IMG/VR virus record: IMGVR_UViG_3300011335_000775
Span: 1-64,000 of that record
Direction: 5' to 3' (one strand)
DNA length: 64,000 nucleotides
DNA from: a virus
This document shows positions 58,467-64,000 of this stretch, piece by piece (position 1 is the stretch's first letter; each line of letters begins with the position of its first letter). The notes beneath the pieces were generated by a model. It saw only the letters and a list, made by a program, of their open reading frames with translations. It searched no databases and was not told the DNA's origin. Both the position numbers and the translations under genes were made by a program.

Positions 58467-58699
58467 GCAGATATAGAACCGTGACCGCAGAAGTTGAAGT
58501 TGAACTATCGGACTTTGACACCGATGACCTTATCGAAGAGTTAGAGAGTCGTGGCGCAGACTATAACACCAATGGTGTGAATGCTGATGAGATGCGACTG
58601 TTGCTGGAGTCAATTTGGCACAAGCGTCGACTGGGCAATAACGACTACCAAGCAGAACTGGACCGGTTGATATACGGTGTGCTTGGGCATGTAGTGTGA
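58463..58699 (+). CDS. Hypothetical protein
   Basis: VEL.DFDTDDLIEELESRG. Confidence 0.65.
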   Translation: MSRYRTVTAEVEVELSDFDTDDLIEELESRGADYNTNGVNADEMRLLLESIWHKRRLGNNDYQAELDRLIYGVLGHVV

Positions 58700-58971
58700 T
58701 CAATCTAAACTTCAGCATTGCTAATCCTTGGCGCCGAGATCTTTGGAACATCCTGTGGAACATCAGCAGGTCGATTACCAAACACAAAGCCGTGGAGTTC
58801 AATGGATATCGCACTGGGCATATGATTGATATAGAATTTGAGTGGAGATTCAATGGCGATCATGCAGGCGCCAGAGTCATGCTGGTGATGCTGGGATATG
58901 GTGTGGAACTGCATTTCTACGATATGCGGCATTGGGATTATGATAGAAACACCTGGGACAAAGTTCTATGA
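58696..58971 (+). CDS. Hypothetical protein
   Basis: DHAG...YD.RHW; coupled. Confidence 0.65.
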   Translation: MINLNFSIANPWRRDLWNILWNISRSITKHKAVEFNGYRTGHMIDIEFEWRFNGDHAGARVMLVMLGYGVELHFYDMRHWDYDRNTWDKVL

Positions 58972-59177
58972 ACGCATTGATTGAACGCATGATCAGTGAA
59001 GCCGGACTCAAATACTCTCCTGAACAAGCAGAAGCAGTGGAACGACTGGTGCGGATAACAGCTACTTTCTGTATTGATCAATGCGGCGGCAAAGGTGTAT
59101 GTGTAGGATCCACCCTGGTCAAGAACAAGATTCTCACAGCATTTGAAATGAATCGACCCCCGGAAAGAACTTTATAG
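58968..59177 (+). CDS. Hypothetical protein
   Basis: 69 aa, coupled. Confidence 0.55.
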   Translation: MNALIERMISEAGLKYSPEQAEAVERLVRITATFCIDQCGGKGVCVGSTLVKNKILTAFEMNRPPERTL

Positions 59178-59416
59178 TGAGTCGAGATCTATGGACAGAA
59201 ATGGTACAGGAACTGTCACCAAGAATTGACAAAAATGCAGCAGAACTTCTATATCACCGTGCCGCAGCAGCCCGGGGGCATGGTCAAAAACTCGAAGTGC
59301 CCAACGGTATGGGCAAGTGGGTAGACTTGACAAAATTGTTTGAACAGTATACAATGATACAGATTTTAAAAGGAAAAAATGATGGCAACAGCAAAAACAG
59401 TAAACAAACTCAGTGA
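59177..59416 (+). CDS. Hypothetical protein
   Basis: 79 aa, GTG start, coupled. Confidence 0.5.
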   Translation: MSRDLWTEMVQELSPRIDKNAAELLYHRAAAARGHGQKLEVPNGMGKWVDLTKLFEQYTMIQILKGKNDGNSKNSKQTQ

Positions 59417-59594
59417 CAAACTGGTCAAAGTGAATGAGAACTTCACCATCAACATGTACGACAATGGCTTCATGGTTGAAGTAGGTGGACGCAACAAAAA
59501 GAGCGATTATGTCAGTGCCAAAATCATATGCAGTACCGTGGATGAGGTGTTAAGTCTTGTACGTGAAGCATGTGAAATGGATCGAGATAGCTAA
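59379..59594 (+). CDS. Hypothetical protein
   Basis: AAGGA RBS; KVNE.FTINMYDNGFMVEV.GR. Confidence 0.65.
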   Translation: MMATAKTVNKLSDKLVKVNENFTINMYDNGFMVEVGGRNKKSDYVSAKIICSTVDEVLSLVREACEMDRDS

Positions 59595-60862
59595 TGCAGG
59601 TAATGTGCAATTGCGGCAGAACACTAAACCCCGAAGGCTGGTGTGATGCCAGCCACTCACTGAGTGAAGATCAATATGTTGCGATGTTGGAACGCCAACG
59701 GCAAAAGCAGATAAGATCAAAAATTAGTATTGCTGACAAATCTAATCAGATGGTCGAGTTTGATAACCGGGCTAATTTTAGTACCACAAATTCAAATAGT
59801 GTTGGAATTTATATAAATTACAGTGTTAATCATTTAATAGAAAATCAACTTTCTACAGATTGTGTAATATATCAAGATAATTTTGATATTTTTTTAAAAT
59901 CTAAGCATAGTCAATACATTGCAATTTTGACTATGTTTGGGGGGCATGATGGATGGGCAGATCAAATTGAACCGTTGATTGCTCTCTGCGATCATGTGTT
60001 TATAATCTGTACAGAAGTTGTACCTCCTGTTGTTGATTTTATTCAACAACATGATCATCACAACGTTACTTATTATCTTTGTGGGCATTTGAATTTTGAA
60101 TTAAAGCATAGTGTTGTACATCAATATATGTATTGGTTTAATATCACTACAGATTTTTATCGTAACTGGCTTCCTGAACTGTTGCATAGGCTACATCCAT
60201 TTGACACAAAAGAATCAAATTTTGATATCTTGTTAGGGTCTCAAAAATCACATCGAGACTTTGTATTTGAGCAAGCAACAAAAACCCCTGGATCATACGT
60301 TCTAACATATTTTAAAAATTTATTAAATTGGGACGTGTTACAGCAACCTGAATGGGAACAGCAAGGTGTTAAGATGCATCACATTCCAGGATGGACTGTG
60401 GAGACCGTTGAATACTACGGATATATGCTTAGTTTAAGTCAAATTATTCCATTTAAAATTTATAATCAAACTGCGTACTCTGTGATTACAGAATCTGTTG
60501 CACAAAATCAATTTTCATTTTGTACTGAAAAAATAGTCAAACCGATAATTGCACGTAGATTGTTTGTGATATTTGCTGGAAAGGGATATCTAGCCAATTT
60601 AAAAAAACTAGGATTTCAAACATTTGATAGCATTATTGACGAAAGTTATGATAACATAGATAACGACATTGAGAGATGGCAACATGCATGGAATCAAATT
60701 GAATGGTTAAATTGCCAATCACAAGAACTTATATTAAAAAAAATACTCTCAATTGTGGAACATAATTTTTCAATTATGATGAATACAGATTGGCCTGGAT
60801 TATTTAGACAACAATTAACACAAGAATTTGTTAATGTAATAGACTTCCAAGAACAAAATTAA
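59594..60862 (+). CDS. CDGSH-like N-terminal motif fused to a glycosyltransferase-like (TEK...DESYD) domain
   Basis: CNCGRT.NP.GWCDASH; FDILLG, YSVITES...TEKIVKP...RRLF...LGFQTFDSIIDESYD. Confidence 0.55.
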   Translation: MQVMCNCGRTLNPEGWCDASHSLSEDQYVAMLERQRQKQIRSKISIADKSNQMVEFDNRANFSTTNSNSVGIYINYSVNHLIENQLSTDCVIYQDNFDIFLKSKHSQYIAILTMFGGHDGWADQIEPLIALCDHVFIICTEVVPPVVDFIQQHDHHNVTYYLCGHLNFELKHSVVHQYMYWFNITTDFYRNWLPELLHRLHPFDTKESNFDILLGSQKSHRDFVFEQATKTPGSYVLTYFKNLLNWDVLQQPEWEQQGVKMHHIPGWTVETVEYYGYMLSLSQIIPFKIYNQTAYSVITESVAQNQFSFCTEKIVKPIIARRLFVIFAGKGYLANLKKLGFQTFDSIIDESYDNIDNDIERWQHAWNQIEWLNCQSQELILKKILSIVEHNFSIMMNTDWPGLFRQQLTQEFVNVIDFQEQN

Positions 60863-60864
60863 AC

Positions 60865-60893
60865 TTGACAACATCCAGGATTATTGTTATAAT
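60865..60893 (+). promoter_or_regulatory. Perfect consensus sigma70 promoter with extended -10
   Basis: TTGACA-17 nt-TATAAT, TG at -15/-14. Confidence 0.85.
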
Positions 60894-60899
60894 TACTTG

Positions 60900-61163
60900 G
60901 CATGGGCAAGGAGGTGGAGCAGCTCAATGGTGTCAGCAGGGTGGATCAATTCCCCGGGCCTGCTAACGCCGTGGCATGTGAGCATAAGTCTTATAGGTTG
61001 CGACCAAGACCTCGATTGAAAAATCAAAACCAGGCTGGTACCCTGGGAGTATGCCAAGAGGAATAATCTGGAAAGGATATGAGAATGTCTGTTGAAATTG
61101 GGATCTCTGCGTCGAGCATGTCCGAGTCACTCAATTTGCTTAAAACAACGCCCTTGCCCATGC
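60900..61163 (+). ncRNA. Unassigned structured RNA (~264 nt)
   Basis: 12-bp perfect terminal helix GCATGGGCAAGG/CCTTGCCCATGC starting at the predicted TSS; nested helices and GNRA-capped hairpins. Confidence 0.7.
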
Positions 61164-61411
61164 ACCGTATTTGGGTAGAGCTCGATGGCACTGAAAAGTG
61201 GTACAAGATCATTGCCGAAGCCAATCGTGAATTTGGTATTCGTGGATGGCGCGGCCAATCAGGTGCCAAGCGCCGATTAGATCGCACACGTACTTGGCCA
61301 TCCTTGATCAAAACCACCCAACGTGTGTGGTTTGATGTGCCTGACGAAAAGTTTGCAACTTGGATAGCTATAAAGTATGCGGTAACGGTGCTTGCATCAC
61401 CCGGTAAATAA
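61160..61411 (+). CDS. Hypothetical protein (83 aa)
   Basis: MHRIWVEL...WYKII.EA...FG...WR.Q...VWFDVPD..FATWI..KY; the ATG lies in the 3' strand of the RNA closing helix. Confidence 0.65.
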   Translation: MHRIWVELDGTEKWYKIIAEANREFGIRGWRGQSGAKRRLDRTRTWPSLIKTTQRVWFDVPDEKFATWIAIKYAVTVLASPGK

Positions 61412-61415
61412 TCTT

Positions 61416-62945
61416 ATGTTTCTCAGTCTTATTACTTTAGCTGTGGCCCTGGGGCTCAGCATCATTGCTGCATATTACAGCATTGCTGGGCTCACAGCCA
61501 TTTTTGCCTCAGCTGTGGTACCCATTATAATCATGGGCTCTATACTAGAGTTAGCCAAAGTTGTAGTCACATTATGGTTACACGAATACTGGGCACGATG
61601 TCGCTGGCTAATGAAGCTGTATCTAGTGCCAGCAGTGATCATGCTGATGTTGATTACCAGTATGGGTATATTTGGATTCTTGTCAAAAGCTCACAGTGAT
61701 CAAAGTTTAGTATCAGGTGATGTCACAGCAAAGATTTCCATATATGATGAAAAAATCAAGACTGAGAAGGAGAACATAGATGTTAGTCGTAAATCCCTTA
61801 AACAAATGGATGAGGCCGTGGACCAAGTTATGGGTCGTAGTTCAGACGAAAAAGGTGCAGACAAGGCTGTGGCTGTACGCCGTGGCCAACAAAAGGAGCG
61901 TCAGCGCCTGCTTGCGGAAATCTCAGAAAGTCAAAAACGTATCACAGCACTTAATGAACAACGTGCTCCTATTGCTGCCGAAGTTCGCAAAGTTGAAGCA
62001 GAAGTAGGACCAATCAAATATATTGCTGCACTGATCTACGGCGATAATCCCGACGTTAATATCCTGGAACGTGCTGTACGTTGGGTGATCATCCTGCTGG
62101 TATGTGTGTTTGACCCCTTGGCCATAATGATGTTGTTGGCTTCCACTGAAAGTTTAAAGTGGGCTAGAACACCACCAAAGAAAGAAGTCCAGGAAGAAAT
62201 TCCTGAAGATGGATACAAAACACCTTGGTCAGAGTCAGTTACTGAATCAGAAGAAAAGGACTTTGACGTAAATGATCATCCATACTTGTTTACAGCACCG
62301 GGCGGTACTAGTCCACCGGGCATAGACCCTGCCCCAATACAGGTATACAACGAGCCCGGCGAAGAAACATTGGAGCCTTGCTATAAGTGTGGCACACCAT
62401 TAATTAATGCGCCTGGTATTGGACCGTTTTGCCCAAACAAAGAATGTGATGTTGTTGATAGTTGGGCTTTACAAGATAATGAACCAGTCAAGATAACATA
62501 TATCTCACCAACTGCACATCTTGATGACGAACGTTATGATGATGACAGTCCCGAGATGAAACAGGCCAAAGCACAATGGAAAGCTGACAACCCAGGCGAC
62601 ACTCTCAAACGACATCGTTACCTGCTTGAAACAGGATCAATCGATCAGTTGCCATGGATGCAATATCTAAACAAATTGCCCGAATCGGGATTTGGTCCTG
62701 TGCTGCCCGAGTACGGTTCCAAGGGTGATACATTTATATCCACTATAGGGATCCCACATCGGCTATATAAACATAATGGTACCGAGTGGATCAACATTGA
62801 CAATACTCAACAACACAGCTATACTTACGATACAGCCTACATTGATCATTTGATCAGTCAAATTGAAAAAGGTCTATACGACCCCGACATGCTGAATGAT
62901 AGCGAACGTGACCAGATTGAACAACGAATAACACAAAATAAATGA
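61416..62945 (+). CDS. Membrane protein with coiled coil and Zn-ribbon-like insert
   Basis: Three N-terminal TM helices ([23 protein letters not shown]), coiled coil, [19 protein letters not shown]...CPNKEC; TAAATA-5 nt-ATG. Confidence 0.7.
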   Translation: MFLSLITLAVALGLSIIAAYYSIAGLTAIFASAVVPIIIMGSILELAKVVVTLWLHEYWARCRWLMKLYLVPAVIMLMLITSMGIFGFLSKAHSDQSLVSGDVTAKISIYDEKIKTEKENIDVSRKSLKQMDEAVDQVMGRSSDEKGADKAVAVRRGQQKERQRLLAEISESQKRITALNEQRAPIAAEVRKVEAEVGPIKYIAALIYGDNPDVNILERAVRWVIILLVCVFDPLAIMMLLASTESLKWARTPPKKEVQEEIPEDGYKTPWSESVTESEEKDFDVNDHPYLFTAPGGTSPPGIDPAPIQVYNEPGEETLEPCYKCGTPLINAPGIGPFCPNKECDVVDSWALQDNEPVKITYISPTAHLDDERYDDDSPEMKQAKAQWKADNPGDTLKRHRYLLETGSIDQLPWMQYLNKLPESGFGPVLPEYGSKGDTFISTIGIPHRLYKHNGTEWINIDNTQQHSYTYDTAYIDHLISQIEKGLYDPDMLNDSERDQIEQRITQNK

Positions 62946-64000
62946 CCAAAGAAACATATACCTCTTGCAGCTTTTGTGGCAAGAACAAAGACTCAGTTAA
63001 AAAACTCATAGTTGGTGAATACGCAGGTATTTGTAACGAATGTGTGGAATTTTGTCGAGATCTACTTACAGATGAACCAGTTGTAACTGTCCCTGACCAT
63101 CCATCAGACAAGATGGATCCTATTGCTTTAAAGAACTATTTGGATCAATACGTGATTGGGCAACATGCTGCCAAAATCATGTTGGCCGTGGCCATTGTAA
63201 ATCATTACAAACGCATCAGCAAAACCACAGCGGAGCCCGAACTAGACAAGGCCAATATCTTGATGTTAGGACCCACTGGGTCAGGTAAAACATTGTTGGC
63301 CAAATCAGTGGCACGTTATCTTGACGTTCCGTTTGCCATTGCAGATGCAACATCAATCACAGAAGCAGGCTATGTGGGTGATGATGTGGAAAGCCTTATC
63401 AGCAGACTATACGCAGCATCGGGTAATGATGTGGCCAAAACACAGCAAGGTATTGTGTTTGTGGATGAAATTGACAAGATCTCTCGCAAAGGAGAATCAA
63501 CTTCGATCACACGTGACGTATCCGGTGAAGGTGTACAGCAGGCCTTGTTAAAGATGGTCGAAGGTACAGTATGTCGTGTGAGTGCCGGCGGCGGACGTAA
63601 ACATCCAGGCGGTGAAATGATTGAAATTGATACCAAGAATATCTTGTTCATTGCCGGTGGCGCCTTTGTGGGACTAGACAGTATTGTAAAGAACCGTGTG
63701 CAAGGCACCAGCATTGGATTCAATGCCAGGGTAGAAGCCAACATGGACACAGATCTGGGCATGACCACTCCGGATGATCTAGTAAAGTTTGGAATGATTC
63801 CTGAGTTTGTGGGACGTTTTCCTAACTGGGTCAGCTTGAAAGAACTTTCAAAAGCAGACTTGATCCGTATCCTTACCGAAGTCAAGAACAACTACATTGA
63901 GCAGTATCATTGGCTGTTTAAAGAAGATGGAGTGGAGTTGACATTTACAGCGCCTGCACTGGATCTTATTGCTGAACACACACTGGCCAACAAAACTGGT
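62942..64000 (+). CDS. clpX: ATP-dependent Clp protease ATP-binding subunit ClpX (3' truncated)
   Basis: Hand-translated [14 protein letters not shown]...ICNECV zinc domain, [63 protein letters not shown]. Confidence 0.95.
   Translation, partial: MTKETYTSCSFCGKNKDSVKKLIVGEYAGICNECVEFCRDLLTDEPVVTVPDHPSDKMDPIALKNYLDQYVIGQHAAKIMLAVAIVNHYKRISKTTAEPELDKANILMLGPTGSGKTLLAKSVARYLDVPFAIADATSITEAGYVGDDVESLISRLYAASGNDVAKTQQGIVFVDEIDKISRKGESTSITRDVSGEGVQQALLKMVEGTVCRVSAGGGRKHPGGEMIEIDTKNILFIAGGAFVGLDSIVKNRVQGTSIGFNARVEANMDTDLGMTTPDDLVKFGMIPEFVGRFPNWVSLKELSKADLIRILTEVKNNYIEQYHWLFKEDGVELTFTAPALDLIAEHTLANKTG

Noticed and set aside
61079-61159. N-terminal extension of the 61079-61411 ORF
   Set aside because: Falls within the structured RNA and looks non-protein-like; ATG 61160 is preferred but unproven
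60900-61163. RNase P RNA, tmRNA or self-splicing intron
   Set aside because: No GAGGAAAGUC/P4 signature, no tRNA-like acceptor or T arm ending in CCA, no group I P7 or group II GUGYG/domain V motifs recognised, and it does not interrupt a gene
338-63891. Numerous short antisense or alternate-frame ORFs in the six-frame track (e.g. 1896-2321, 34791-35213, 52917-53288, 63370-63891)
   Set aside because: They overlap well-supported genes, lack RBS or motifs, and are expected shadow ORFs
1-64000. Stop-codon reassignment, tRNA genes, DGR or retron
   Set aside because: Core genes are full length in the standard code and end in TAA, TGA and TAG; no tRNA cloverleaf or reverse transcriptase motif was noticed by eye (tRNAscan not run)

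Overview
64 kb slice of a large T4-like (myovirus-type) tailed phage genome, densely coding and mostly on the + strand. The host is probably a proteobacterium, likely Betaproteobacteria, inferred from the porin, IscU/IscA, ClpX and NrdAB types. Core genes: 3' end of the large terminase, gp32 SSB, UvsX/UvsY/UvsW, a clamp-loader small subunit, primase, helicase, a PD-(D/E)XK exonuclease, NrdA/NrdB/glutaredoxin, DNA ligase, PAAR and several probable virion proteins. Accessory content: an ~11.6 kb glycosylation/methylation island (gmd, three KpsS-like transferases, GT8/GT17-like, FkbM/TylF/Methyltransf_24), four free-standing homing endonucleases, IscU/IscA, a porin, ClpX, and an early region built from repeated promoter-RBS-gene cassettes. 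Most notable: (1) a GH7 cellulase-like protein (a family regarded as eukaryotic) with a bacterial lipoprotein signal, inserted between nrdA and nrdB; (2) an unassigned ~264-nt highly structured RNA behind a perfect sigma70 promoter, whose closing helix buries the next start codon; (3) a Pol-beta nucleotidyltransferase fused to an RNA/DNA-ligase-like domain that may be virion-packaged; (4) a 184-aa miniature DnaE retaining the catalytic aspartates; (5) a T2/T4-type gene-32 pseudoknot; (6) apparently widespread leaderless mRNAs. All calls come from motif recognition by eye. No database searches or folding programs were run.
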